From the NCBI RefSeq assembly GCF_004010195.1, contig NW_025214984.1, positions 1 through 38,887 of the forward strand: a stretch of DNA of 38,887 nucleotides. Reading direction: 5' to 3'. The notes beneath the pieces are model-generated. The model made no database searches and had not been told where the DNA came from. It saw nothing but the letters and a program-made list of their open reading frames with translations. Positions within the stretch are counted from its first letter, which is position 1; every line of letters begins with the position of its first letter. The stretch is from Chiloscyllium plagiosum. Taxonomy: Eukaryota. This document shows, in pieces, positions 22,288-33,809 of this stretch. The position numbers were made by a program, and so were the translations under genes.

Positions 22288-22776
22288 AGAGCCGAGAGTG
22301 TGGTGCTGGAAAAGCACAGCAGGTCAGGCAGCATCCGAGGAGCAGAAGAGTCGATGTTTCGAGCATAAGAGTCAATGTTTCGAACATAATCAGGAATGAG
22401 GGGTTGGCCCAAAGGAACTGAGAGATAAATGGGAGGGGGATGGGGCTGGGGGAAGGTAGCTGGGAATGTGATAGACAAAGTTGGGGGTGAAGGTGATAGG
22501 TCGGAGAGGAGGGTGGAGTGGATAGGTGGGAAGAAAGATGGACAGCTAGAACATGTCAAGAGGATGCTACGTTGCTACGCTGGAAGTTTCGATCTGGGAT
22601 AAGGTGGGGGAGGGGAAATGAGGAAACTGGTGAAATCCACATTGATCCTGTGTGGTTGGAGGGTCCCAAGGCGGAAGATGAGGCGTTCTTGCTCCAGGCA
22701 TCGGGTGGTAAGGATTTGGCAGTGGAGGAGGCCCAGGAACTGCAGGTCCTTGGGCGGAGTGGGAGGGAGAGGTAAA
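22288..22776 (-). mobile_element. PLE 3' fragment, family A
   Basis: Inverse of the GIY-YIG C-terminus and pyrimidine-rich 3' region. The hammerhead region is disrupted by a 21-bp tandem duplication (22347-22388). Confidence 0.85.
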
Positions 22777-22789
22777 GTGTCCCTTAGGT

Positions 22790-23140
22790 TGGGGAAGTCC
22801 AGTCACAGTCTAATAACGGGTGAGCCATTCATGACTGAGGTGAGGACATATGGAATTCTCTCCCATAAAAAGCTGTTGGGACCAGTTCATTAGATATGCC
22901 TTCTGGGCAACTAGGGATGGGTAATAAATGCTGGCCCAGCCGGTGATGCCCACATCCAATGAAAGAATTTAAAAATAAGATATATTCAAGAGGGAACTGG
23001 ATGCTACTCTTGCAGCTAAAGGAGTCTTGTTAAATGGGGGGAAAGTGGGACTGAAATTGCATGATCAGCCATGATCATATTGAATGGAGGTGCAGGCTCG
23101 AAGGGCCGAATGGCCTACTACCGCATCTATTTTCTATGAT
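22790..23140 (+). mobile_element. CR1-type LINE 3' end with nested LINE 3' tip (~22899-22976)
   Basis: 3'UTR GATCAGCCATGATCATATTGAATGG...GAAGGGCCGAATGGCCTAC. Confidence 0.7.
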
Positions 23141-24358
23141 TTTACATCAGGTAAACCAAGAGACAATCTCTTAAAAATCAGCAGATTTGATATTAGAATT
23201 ATGAATTTCCAAACAGATGGCAATATAAATTGATAATTGATTTATAAACTTCATTATATCTATATACATCTTTAACATAAGAAAATATTCCAAGGCACTT
23301 TAGAGGAGAATAAAAGATAAAGTAAAACATAGATTCAACTCAAAAGATAATTACGGCAGATGGCTAAATGTTTGGCCACAGAATTTTAATTGCTCAGTTC
23401 ATGTCCAACAGATCAGAGCTGTATAATACTATATTATCATATCTGAAAATGCTTTACAAAAATACCTTTTTAAAATCTATCTGTTATCGCTACGCATGTA
23501 AAAGATATGTCCACTGACCTATCTCTCAGTACAGTCACTAATTGGCTGACAAGATGAAGAGAGAAAAGCCTCTAGACAGTCACTTAAGGTTACTACTTGG
23601 TGAAGCTGGAAGTGTGAGTGTGTGATGGGTGACATGAATTAAAGAGAAGTGTTCCTTTCAGTAATTTAATATATATAGTCTACAGAAACAATGTTCAGTT
23701 TTCATTCACTTGTTACAACAATGATCTTAAATCATAAAATGTGAAATCTTGTGCAATCCTTTTCAGCTAATACCTGAACACAGTTACTGACTGAACAATC
23801 CAAATTTATTTTTAAAATATTATTGGTCTCCACAGACATCGTAAACATTCTCTCTGATTTGGCTAGAGACTCATTAATATTGGTTTAAAAGTATAATCCT
23901 CAAAATTCCATCTGTTTTAAATTTGCTTGAATTTAGTCTTTGTGTTCCATCAGAAATTTTTCTTCTTTCTCTTTGGCAGTCTCTCACGGTCAATGAAGAA
24001 TTGATTCCACTCTGAGTGGGATAGGTTCTGTTGTTATGGCTGAATAGTCCAATCCAGGAGCTGCAGACTCTTCCATATGCTGTTCCTGCCAGAGAGTTTG
24101 CAAGATTTTTCAAAGACAGCACTGATGATAACTCTCCAAGGATTTGAGGTATTTGCTGTAAATGGCCCATGTTCCAGATGAGTACGGCAGCTCTTCACAC
24201 CATGAGCTTGGTGTTGGGTTTGAGGATTCGGATTTCAAACACCCTGCTCCTCAGGCATCCAAAGGCTGCACCGGCACACTGATGTCGAGGTTGGATTTTA
24301 TCAGCAATGCCTGCTCACACCAAGTGGAAGCTACCAAGAAATGATCCCCGTTATCCAG

Positions 24359-24561
24359 CAGGTAAAAACAATGACTGCAGATGCTGGAAACCAGGTTCTG
24401 GATTAGTAGCGCTGGAAGAACACAGCAGTTCAGGCAGCATCCGAGGAGCAGTAAAATCGATGTTTTGGGCAAAAGCCCTTCATCAGGACTACAGGCAGAG
24501 AGCCTGAAGGGTGGATAGATAAGTGAGAGGAGGGTGGGGGTGGGGAGAAAGTAGCATACAG
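24359..24561 (-). mobile_element. PLE 3' end with tail and hammerhead-like motif (inverted arm)
   Basis: Minus strand CCTGATGAAGGGCTTTTGCCCAAAACATCG. Near-identical to 31251-31450. Confidence 0.85.
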
Positions 24562-24598
24562 NNNNNNNNNNNNNNNNNNNNNNNNNNNNNNNNNNNNN
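24562..24598. other. Assembly gap (37 N)
   Basis: Run of Ns. Confidence 1.
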
Positions 24599-25182
24599 CA
24601 ACCCCTCCAACCGCCACAAGGACAGAACGCCCCTGGTGCTCGCCTTCCACCCTACCAACCTTCGCATAAACCAAATCATCCGCCAACATTTCCGCCTCCT
24701 CCAAACAGACCCCACCACCAGGGATATATTTCCTTTCCCACCCCTCTCCGCCTTCCGCAAAGACCGTTCCCTCCGTGTCTACCTGGTCAGGTCCACGCCC
24801 CCCTACGACCCACCCTCCCATCCTGGCACTTTCCCCTGCCACCGCAGGAATTGCAAAACCTGCACCCACACCTCCTCCCTCACCTCCATCCAAGGCCCTA
24901 AAGGAGCCTTCCACATCCACCAAAGTTTTACCTGCACATCCACTAATATCATTTATTGTATCCGTTGCTCCCGATGCGGTCTCCTCGACATTGGGGAGAT
25001 TGGACGCCTCGTAGCAGAGCGCTTTAGGGAACATCTCTGGGGACACCCGCACCAATCAACCCCACCGCCCTGTGGCCTAACATTTCAACTCCCCCTCCCA
25101 CTCTGCCGAAGACATGGAGGTCCTGGGCCTCCTTCACCGCCGCTCCCTCACCACCAGACACCTGGAGGAAGAACGCCTCATC
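24599..25182 (+). mobile_element. PLE fragment: Cys-rich linker plus GIY-YIG endonuclease (Neptune-like)
   Basis: ORF 24636..25205: AFRKDRSLR...FPCHRRNCKTC...FTCTSTNIIYCIRCSRCGLLDIGEIGR..ERFREH. A CxxxxCxxC linker is characteristic of Neptune-group PLEs. Confidence 0.9.
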
Positions 25183-25856
25183 AATGTTTCAATGATGATT
25201 TGTAGTTCAGCCTCTGAGTGTGTGCATACACAAGCATTGGCTGTGTACAGTAGCTTGATGACAGAAAGTTTGGTCTCGGTTCTGGCTTCTGCAGATGTTA
25301 AACTTTGAACAGTTTCCTGCTCATCCTATAAGTTAGTACCACTCTGGCAGGGAACTTCATGGAGATGGTGTGAAGTTTGGCAGTGAGAAAGATCGCGAAG
25401 AGTGTTGGTGTAGTGAAGCATCCCTGCTTGACTCTAGTTTGCACTCATATTGGGTCTGCGGTAGTTTGGTTTGTGAGGATCACAGCTTACGTGTCTTAGT
25501 GAAGCAGCAGAGAATTGTGATGAATTTCTGTGAGCAGCTGAATCTGAGGAGGATATTCCACAATCCCTCACAAATATTTACCTGATGTTGACAACTTTGC
25601 AGACAGAGTACAGTATTGGCTTTGTCTGCCTCTCACCTTTAACTATAAGCAGTCTTGAGGCCAGACAATTAACTTTGGACAGAAAAGCAGATAATCCAGA
25701 GGCATCAGGGGAATTTATTAAGCAGCAGAAGTTATATATAACAAAAGAAGGCAGTCAATATCCCAGTGTTTAAATGGATTTTGCTTCCTATTGCTCTTGC
25801 GGCCTGAATGGCTCATGCCCCTTTTCTCTCCCTATCTTCTTGAAATCTGTGTGCTG

Positions 25857-26796
25857 AGACAGAACCCCTCTGGTCCTCCCTTCCACCCCACCAACCTCTG
25901 TACGCATCGCATCATCCTCTGCTATTTCCGCCTCCGACAAACAAACCCCACCACCAGAGGTATATTTCCCTCCCCACCGCTATCCACTTTCTGTAAGACC
26001 ATTCCCTTCACGACTCCCTTGTCAGGTCCATGCCCCCCCCCCATCTTTCCCTGCCACCGCAGGAATTGCAAAACCTGCGCCCACACCTCCCCCTCTCACC
26101 TCTGTCCAAGGCCCCAAAGGAGCCTTCCACATCCATCGGAGTTTTACCTACAATTCCACACATGTCATTCACTGTACATTGCTCCCGATGCGGTCTCCTC
26201 TACATTGGGGAGACAGGACGCCTACTTGCAGAGCGCTTCAGAGAACATCTCCAGGACACACACACCAACCAATCCCACCACCCTATGGCCAAAAACTTCA
26301 ACTCTCCCTCCCACTCCACCAAGGACATGCAGGTCCTGGACCCCCTCCATCACCACACCCTAACCACCCGACGCCAGAAGGAAGAACGCCTCATCTTCTG
26401 CCTTGGGACCCTCCAACCACAAGGCACTTCAGTAATTTCCTCATTTCCCCTCCCCCCACTTTATCCGAGTTTCAACCTTCCAACTCGGCACCACCCTCAT
26501 GACCTGCCCCACCTGTCCATCTTCCTTCCTACCTATACGCTCCATCCTCCTCTCTGACCTATCATCATTATCCCCACCTCCATCCACCTATCGCATTCTC
26601 AGCTAACTTCCTACCCGACCAACTCCCCTCCCATTTATCTCTCAGTCCCTTCGTCTCACAAGCCTCATTCCTGATGAAGGGCTCTTACCTGAAATGTCAA
26701 TTCTCCTGCTCCTTGGCTGCTGCCTGACCTGTTGTGCTTTTCCAATACCACACTCTCAATTCTGATCTCCAGCATCTGCAGTCCTCACTTTCACCT
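25857..26796 (+). mobile_element. 5'-truncated PLE (linker, GIY-YIG, 3' end with tail)
   Basis: FPCHRRNCKTC and CSRCGLLYIGETGRLLAERFREH (ORFs 25791..26363, 26030..26557). CCTGATGAAGGGCTC...GAAATGTC and the CTCCAGCATCTGCAGTCCTCAC tail. Confidence 0.9.
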
Positions 26797-27335
26797 AATA
26801 TCATTAACCTTTTCCTGTGTAACCATTTGTCAAACATAATAATCCTTACGCTCGTTTTTCTATAGTTCCAAAGTCCATTTAGCTAAACATTTCAAAGCAA
26901 ATCCTTTGATCACAAACACTAATAGTTTGGACATTTGTCCTTTCATGTTTCTTGCTATTTAGAATTCCGATTGCAGTGTATCTTCTATTTGGCATAAGTC
27001 ATAGAGGGCAAATGTCCGAAGCACCCCTTTATAATTCACTCTTCATCTGCCTGGAATACACACAAAATACACTAAATATGAAAAGTACAGAAAGTGTAAA
27101 GACATTCACTCTCCTACATGAACAGAAGCATAAGTCAACCGACTTTGTAAATAATGAAACAGTTGAGATTGTGAATTCTATTGTAGATAATGAATCTCTT
27201 TGCCCCCATAATATCTGTGCACCATCTGCAGGTGTTAGAATACCTTCCAATTGCCTGATTGAGCATTGCTCCAACAACATTTAAGAAATCTGATGCCATG
27301 TAATTTAAGATAGTATTTATTTAATATGTTTGTAG

Positions 27336-28374
27336 AGTCATAGAGTCATAGAGATGTACAGCATGGAAACAGACCTTCAGTCCAACCTTTCCATGCCGAC
27401 CAGATATCCCAACCCAATCTAGTCCCACCTGCCAGCACCCGGCCCATATCCCTCCAAACCCTTCCTATTCATGTATCTATCCAAATGCCTCTTAAATGTT
27501 GCAATTGTACCAGCCTCCACCACTTCCTCGGCAGCTCATTCCATACACGTACCATCCTCTGTGTGAAAAAGTTGCCCCTTAGGTCTCTTTTATATCTTTC
27601 CCCTCTCACCCTAAACCTATGCCCTCTAGTTCTGGACTCCCCCATTCTAGGGAAAATACTTTGTCTATTTATCCTATCCATACCCCTCATAATTTTGTAA
27701 ACCTCTATAAGGTCACCCCTCAGCCTCTGACACTCCAGGGAAAACAACCCCAGCCTGTTCAGCCTCTCCCTGCAGCTCAGATCCTGCAACCCTGGCAACA
27801 TCCTTGTAAATCTTTTATGAACCCTTTCAAGTTTCACAACATCTTTCCGATAGGAAGGAGACCAGAATTGCACGCAATATTCCAACAGTGGCCTAACTCC
27901 GTAGGACCTTACCATTAAGTGTATAAGTCCTGCTAAGATTTGCTTTCCCAAAATGCAGCACCTCACATTTATCTGAATTAAATTCCATCTGCTACTTTTC
28001 AGCCCATTCGCCCATCTGGCCCATCTGGTCCAGATCCTGTTGTAATCTGATGTGACCCTCTTCGCTGTCCACTACACCTCCAATTTTGGTGTCATCTGCA
28101 AACTTACTAACTGTACCTCTTATGCTCGCATCCAAACCATTTATGTAAATGACAAAAAATAGAGGGCCCAGCACCGATCCATGTGGCACTCCACTGGTCA
28201 CAGGCCTCCAATCTGAAAAACAACCCTCCACCATCATCCTCTGTCTTCTACCTTTGAGCCAGTTCTGTATCCAAATGACTAGTTCTCCCTGTATTCCATG
28301 AGATCTAACCTTGCTAATCTCCCATAGGGAACCTTGTCGAACGCCTTACTGAAGTCCATATAGATCACATCTAC
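27336..28374 (-). mobile_element. CR1/HER1-type LINE, 5'-truncated, relatively young
   Basis: GVPHGSVLGPLFFVIYIN...KFADDTK and LEYCVQFWSP...RLRGDLIEVYKI...FFTQR. 3' (AGAGTCAT)n microsatellite. 9-bp TSD TGTTTGTAG at 27327-27335 and 28375-28383. Confidence 0.92.
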
Positions 28375-28569
28375 TGTTTGTAGTTTAGTTTTAGTTAGGT
28401 AGATAGGTTTGTTTTGGTAGAATAGTGGGTTGTTTAGTAACAATGGTGTCACGTTATGGCCTTGTTCTTTGTACTTGTTTTCTGCTTTGATGGGTTTTTT
28501 TATACATAAATGTTTTGTAAAAGATTTTTAAAAAGCTTTTCAATTAAATTTTAAAAAAAGAAACCTGAT

Positions 28570-28945
28570 GCCATTCAAGTCAAAAGGTCCTGCGTGATCC
28601 CCATATACCCCCTTCTTTCACGACAGGCGCACGGTAGCAACATGGTGTACCACCTCTCGGGTACATGATAGCAAACTCCCACAACTCCGTTAACTCTACA
28701 TGTCAAACATCTGACCTCTACCGCCAAGGGACAAGGGCAACAGATGCATGGAGATACCATCATTGGTAGCTGCCTTCACTGGAACCCCACTCACCCAATA
28801 CCCCATCACCAATTTACTGTGGCAGCAATGTACACATTTCCAAGATGAACTGCAGTGGCTCAAGAAGGTGGCTCCCCATCACCCTCTCGGGTGCTGTTAG
28901 AGATTTGCTATGATACCCCCATATCCCATAAATGAACAAAAATGG
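28570..28945 (+). mobile_element. LINE 3' fragments (L2/CR1-like second family)
   Basis: GACCTCTACCGCCAAGGGACAAGGGCAACAGATGCATGG and ACTGCAGTGGCTCAAGAAGG are shared with 16130-16410. Confidence 0.55.
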
Positions 28946-29140
28946 GGCAAATATATGCATGAAAAAGGCATGACATCACTGAATGCCAGTCATGTGAGAG
29001 CAAACCCTTATGTAATTTTTAAAGAAAAATAAAGGTAACAAAACTACTTCTTTAATTCTTCTTGGCATATGGAGTCAATGGCTAGTCCAGTATTTACTCC
29101 CCAACTATAATTATCCTTGCAAAAGTTGGAGTGAACACTG

Positions 29141-29224
29141 CTGAAAAGTGTTGCTGGAAAAGCGCAGCAGGTCAGGCAGCATCCAGGGAACAGGAGAATC
29201 GACGTTTCGGGCATAAGCCCTTCT
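29141..29224 (-). mobile_element. Solo 84-bp PLE 3' end truncated inside the hammerhead
   Basis: A single family A arm ending at GCCCTTCT. 11-bp TSD AGTGAACACTG at 29130-29140 and 29225-29235. Confidence 0.85.
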
Positions 29225-29321
29225 AGTGAACACTGTCTACATAGAGTAGGGACACACTTTTTCTTTTTGTTATTTTGCAGGATTTTGATCCAGTAACAGT
29301 GAACACACAGCAATATATAAT

Positions 29322-30780
29322 CATAGAGACATACAGCATTGAAACAGAGCCTTCAGTTCAACTCATCCAGCCCAACCAGATATCCTAAATTATTCTAGTC
29401 CAATTTGCCAGCATTTGGCCTCTCTCCCTGTAAACTCTTCCTATTCATATACCCATCCAGGTGCCTTTTAAATGTTGTAATTGTACCAGCCTCCACCACT
29501 TCCTCTGGCAGCTCATTCATTACACTCACTGTTAAAACGTTGCTTCTTAGGTCCTTTTTAAATCCTTCCCCTCTCACCTTAGACCTATGTCCTCTCGTTT
29601 TGGACTCCCCTACCCTGGGAAAAAGATCTTGGCTATTCACCCTATCCATGCCAGACATAATTTTATAAACATCTATAAGGTCACCCCTCAGCTTCTGATG
29701 CTCCAGGGAAAACAGCCCCAGCCTATTCAGCCTCTCCCTGTAGCTCAAATTCTCCAATCCCAGCAACATCCTTGTAAATCTTTTCTGAAGCCTTTCAACC
29801 TCCTTCCTGTAGCAGGGAGACCAGAACCGAACGCAGTATTCCAACAATGGCTTAACCAATGTCCTGTACAGCCGCAGGATAACATTCCAACTGCTATAGT
29901 CAATGCACTGACCAATAAAGGCATGTGCACCAAACACCTTCTTCATGCTGTCTACCTGTTCTACATGCGACACCGCCTTCAAGGAATTATGCACCTTCAC
30001 TCAAAGGTAGCATTACAGGGCAACACTCCTCATGGCCCTCCCATTAACTATATAGGTTCTGCCCTGGTTTGCCTTACTGAAATGCAGCACCTCACAGTTA
30101 TCAGAATTAAACTCCATCTGCATTCCTGAGCCCAACCACTCATCTGATCAAGGTCTTGTTCTACTCTGAGATAACCTTCTTCGCAGTCCACCATACCATC
30201 AATTTTGGTGTCATCTGCAAACTTAGTAACCATACCTCCCATAATCACATCCAAATCATTTATATAAATGACAAAAAGCAGTGAATCCAGCACCAATCCT
30301 TGTGGCACTCCTCAGGTCACAGGCCTCCAGTCTGAAAAACAACCCTCAAGCACCACCTTCTGTCTCCTAACTTCAGCCCAACTTTGTATCCAAACAGTTA
30401 GCTCTCCTTGAATTCAATGTGATCTAACCTTGCTAACCAGTTTGCCATGCAGAACCTTTCGAACATCTTACTGAAGTCCAGATAGACAAAATCCACTGCT
30501 CAACCTTTGCCAATCTTCTTTGTCATTTTTAAAAAAAACTAAATCATGCTAGCGAGACATGATTTCCCAAGCACAAAACCCTGTTGACTATCCCTGATCA
30601 GTCCTTGTCTTTACAAATGCATGTAAATCCTGTCCCTCAGAATCCCCTCCAACAACTTACCCACCACTGATGTCAGGCTCACCTGTCTATAGTTCCCTGC
30701 CTTTTCCTCACCACCTTTCTTAAATAATGGCATCACACTAGCCAATCTCCACTCTTCCAGTGTCTCACACATTGCTATTA
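29322..30780 (-). mobile_element. CR1/HER1-type LINE
   Basis: ORFs 30048..30308 (PQGLVLDSLLFVIYINDL...KFADDTK) and 29395..30000 (LYRTLVKPLLEYCVRFWSP...TFKRHLD). Confidence 0.92.
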
Positions 30781-31250
30781 GTTCCAAGTCAGATTGATGT
30801 GCGGCTTGAAGTGGAACAGGCAGTTATGGTGTCCCTTTGCAACTGTTGCACCTGTCCTTTGAGATCATGTATATCATGGATTTAGAAGGTGCTGTCAAAG
30901 GAAGAGTTGCTGTTTTGCATCTTATAGATAGTATATATGGATGACATACTGCATCGGTGCTGGAGGAAATGAATTTTGATGATGATGACAATGTTTCCAG
31001 GAGTGGGTGAGTCTTGAACTGGGTGACGTAGTTATAGATTTAAGGGGACACTCATTTAAAACTGAAATGTAAGGGTTGTAATTTTTCTCCTTGAGGATTG
31101 TGAATGTCTGGAATTCCCTATCCCAGACAGATAAGAAGATCACTAAAACTAGACAGATAGAAGGTAGATTTTTTTTTAATTTTGAGGACTGTGATGAACT
31201 GGTACAAGTAACAAGTTGAGGCATGGGGAAGATCTGCCATGATTGTACTG

Positions 31251-31520
31251 GGTAAAAACAATGACTGCAGATGCTGGAAACCAGATTCTGGATTAGAGTG
31301 ATGCTGGAAGAGCACAGCAGTTCAGGCAGCATCCAAGGTGCAGTAAAATCAACGTTTCGGGCAAAAGCCCTTCATCAGGAATAAAGGCAGAGAGCCTGAA
31401 GCGTGGAGAGATAAGCTAGGGGAGGGTGGGGGTGGGGAGAAAGTAACATAGAGTAAAATAGATGAGTGGAGGAGGGGATGAAGGTGATAGGTCAGGGAGA
31501 AGTGTGGAGTGGATAGATGG
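31251..31520 (-). mobile_element. PLE 3' end with intact hammerhead core, inserted in a CR1 3'UTR
   Basis: Minus strand ATTC-CTGATGA-A-GGGC-TTTT-GCCC-GAAAC-GTT-GATT (~31346-31381). Tail at the left end. Confidence 0.85.
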
Positions 31521-31690
31521 CACAGCAGAGAAAACTTGAGGGGCTGAATAGCTTACTCCTGCTCCTATTTATGGAGTCATAGAGATGTACAGCACAGAAA
31601 CAGACCCTTCGGTCCAACGCGTCCACGTTAACCAGATATCCTAAACTAATCCAATTCCATTTGCCAGCACTTGGCCCATATCTCTCTAAA

Positions 31691-31908
31691 GGAGAAAGTG
31701 AGGACTGCAGATACTGGAGATCAGAGCTGAAAATGTGTTGCTGGAAAAGCGCAGCAGGTCAGGCAGCATCCAAGGAGCAGGAGAATCAACGTTTTGGGCA
31801 TGAGCCCTTCTTCAGGAATCCTGAAGAAGGGCTCATGCCCGAAATGTCGATTCTCCTGCTCCTTGGATGCTGACTGACCTGCTGCGCTTTTCCAGCAACA
31901 CATTTTCA
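31691..31908. mobile_element. Palindromic mini-PLE insertion, family A (tail on left)
   Basis: ~92-bp arms centred on A31818 (TTCAGGA-A-TCCTGAA). Exact 17-bp TSD GCCCATATCTCTCTAAA at 31674-31690 and 31909-31925. Confidence 0.92.
31816..31853 (+). ncRNA. Minimal hammerhead ribozyme motif with 5-bp helix I
   Basis: GAATC-CTGAAGA-A-GGGC-TCAT-GCCC-GAAAT-GTC-GATTC. GAAUC pairs with GAUUC. Confidence 0.65.
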
Positions 31909-32618
31909 GCCCATATCTCTCTAAACCCTTCCTATTCATATACCCACCCTTTTAAATGTTGAAATTGTACCAGCCTCCACCACTTCCCATGGCAACTCAT
32001 TCCATACATGCACCACCGTCTGAGTGAAAAAGTTGCCCCTTAGGTGCCTTAGATCCCTCTCACCCTAAAGCTATCCCCTCTAGTTTTGGACTCCCATACC
32101 ATTGGGAAAAGGTTTTATCTATTTATCCTATCCATGCCGCTCATGATTTTAAAAACCTCTATTGGGTTCCTGACATTCCAGCCTCCGACGTCCAGGGAAA
32201 ACAGCCCCAGCCTATTCAACCCCTTCCATAGCTCAAACCCTCCAACTCTGACAACATCCTTGTAAATCTTTTCTGAACCCTTTCAAGTTTCACAACATCC
32301 TTCCTATAAGAGGGAGACCAGAATTGCACACAATATTCCAAAAGTGGCCTAACCAATGTCTTGAACTGCCAACTCCTATACTCAATGCTCTGAACAATAA
32401 AGGAAAGCAGGTTCTTATGTACTTAATTGCTGAAACACTGTTAATGGTTACCTGTGAGCCTGGGGACCTCAGGAGGAGGCCGAGATAGATCATCCACTCT
32501 TCACTTAAGCCTTTAAATAGTTATAAATGCTTCAACCTTTTGTAATTATGTGCGATGTTTGAGGGTCAGTTACACATGCAGCTGGACAGTTCCATTTGTA
32601 ATGTAGAGTGACAGTCTA

Positions 32619-33019
32619 GAGAAAGTGAAGACTGCAGATGTGGAGATCAGAGTCAAATGTGTAGTGTTGGAAAAGTATAGCAGCTCAGGCAGCATCTGAG
32701 GAGTAGGAGAATTGATGTTTCAGGCATAAGCCCTTCATCAAGAGTGAGGCTTGTGGGTCGGGGCTGAAAGATAAATGGGGTGGGGTTGGGGGAAGGTAGC
32801 TGGGAAAACGATAGGTGGATGAAGGTGAGGGAGAAGGTGATAGGTCAGAGGGGGGAGTGATGGACAGGTCAAGAGGGCGGTGCCATGTTGGAAGCTTGGG
32901 ACTGGGATAATGTGGGTGGAGAGGAAATGAGGAAGCTGTTGAAAGCCACATTTATCCCGTGTGCTTGCAGTGTCCCAAGGTGGAATATGAGGCATTCCTC
33001 CTACAGGTGTCGGTGGTAA
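32619..33019 (-). mobile_element. PLE 3' fragment with tail, family A
   Basis: Inverse of the 26380-26796 PLE end; TTGATGAAGGGCTTATGCCTGAAACATC. Confidence 0.85.
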
Positions 33020-33029
33020 TGACACACAG

Positions 33030-33641
33030 TCAGCCTCTCAGAGCAGTCAGAGTCAGGATGCTCTTCAAACAAGGGATGAGGAGTTAAATGTCTGTCAGTC
33101 CACCATCCATCTTGAGTCTATCTGTTCTAATGTGAGCTGTTTTATGCTGGAATCAGATTGAAGCAGGTATTACAGTGGGTGGCATAGCTGTTACCTTCGG
33201 TGGGGAGTTGTCCTGAGTGAGTGAGGAGGCAGAAAAGAGGGCATACAGGGTTAGTGGTGTCAAAGATTGGGGTGGATGACAGAAATTGAGAGAAGACGTT
33301 GCAGGAATTATTGAGAGTGATAGAGCAAAAGCCCTGTTGGGAGGTGGGTACAGTAGCAGAGATAGAGTGAGTGTGAGCTATTGGAGAAAACATGGTGGCA
33401 TTTATGTTGACAGAATGGAGAAAATCATTGACTTTCTTCCTGCATCACTGGGCATTCCTCAGACAGTTGAGACTGCTTTAGCTGGGTGTTATTGTTGGAT
33501 CAGACTGGCATGGTTTGCTGTTATGGCCTCCATTGCTGGCCCTGGGGAAAGAGGAAGTCCCACTTCTGCAACACCCCTCCAAGCAGGACTTCCAGACCCC
33601 ATGTCCAAAAAGCAGGGCGCGAATTCCCACCTGTCTGCTAT
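33030..33641 (-). pseudogene. Decayed Myb/SANT-like (NAIF1-type) gene of a PIF/Harbinger transposon, two exons
   Basis: Frameshift-corrected minus translation: ADRWEFAPCFLDM.LEVLLEGVLQKWDFLFP...AVSTV.RNAQ*CRKKVNDFLHSV (33641-33406), a decayed donor (ATAAAT), an acceptor TTCCAG at ~33147, then HKTAHIRTDRLKMDGGLTDI (KTGGG-like motif). Confidence 0.65.
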
Positions 33642-33809
33642 GTCTGGGGCAAATATCAGGAGCTGTGCAGGTCAGCACTATATTGACAGTGTTTGCCTGG
33701 GTGCACAATGGGTTTTAAAGATGGAGCAGGTGCAAGAAATGCTGGTGAATTCCAAAATAGACTTTGAGTGGAGAGTTGTTCTGGAAACAGCACATGGAAA
33801 GTAAGAATG

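Larger units (their letters stand above)
23968..25640 (-). mobile_element. Decayed RTE-clade LINE, split by a PLE insertion (24359-25182)
   Basis: Minus-strand remnants EGLWNILLRFSCSQKFITIL, YRMSRKLFKV, CAHSEAELQII and AAFGCLRSRVFE-IRILKPNTKLMV are typical RTE RT segments. Confidence 0.75.
31575..32410 (-). mobile_element. CR1/HER1-type LINE 3' part, interrupted by PLE palindrome
   Basis: Colinear with 27336-27900; GAGTCATAGAG tail. Confidence 0.88.

Noticed and set aside
33286..33804. 172-aa plus-strand ORF
   Set aside because: Antisense to the decayed Harbinger Myb-like gene and has no recognisable protein features.
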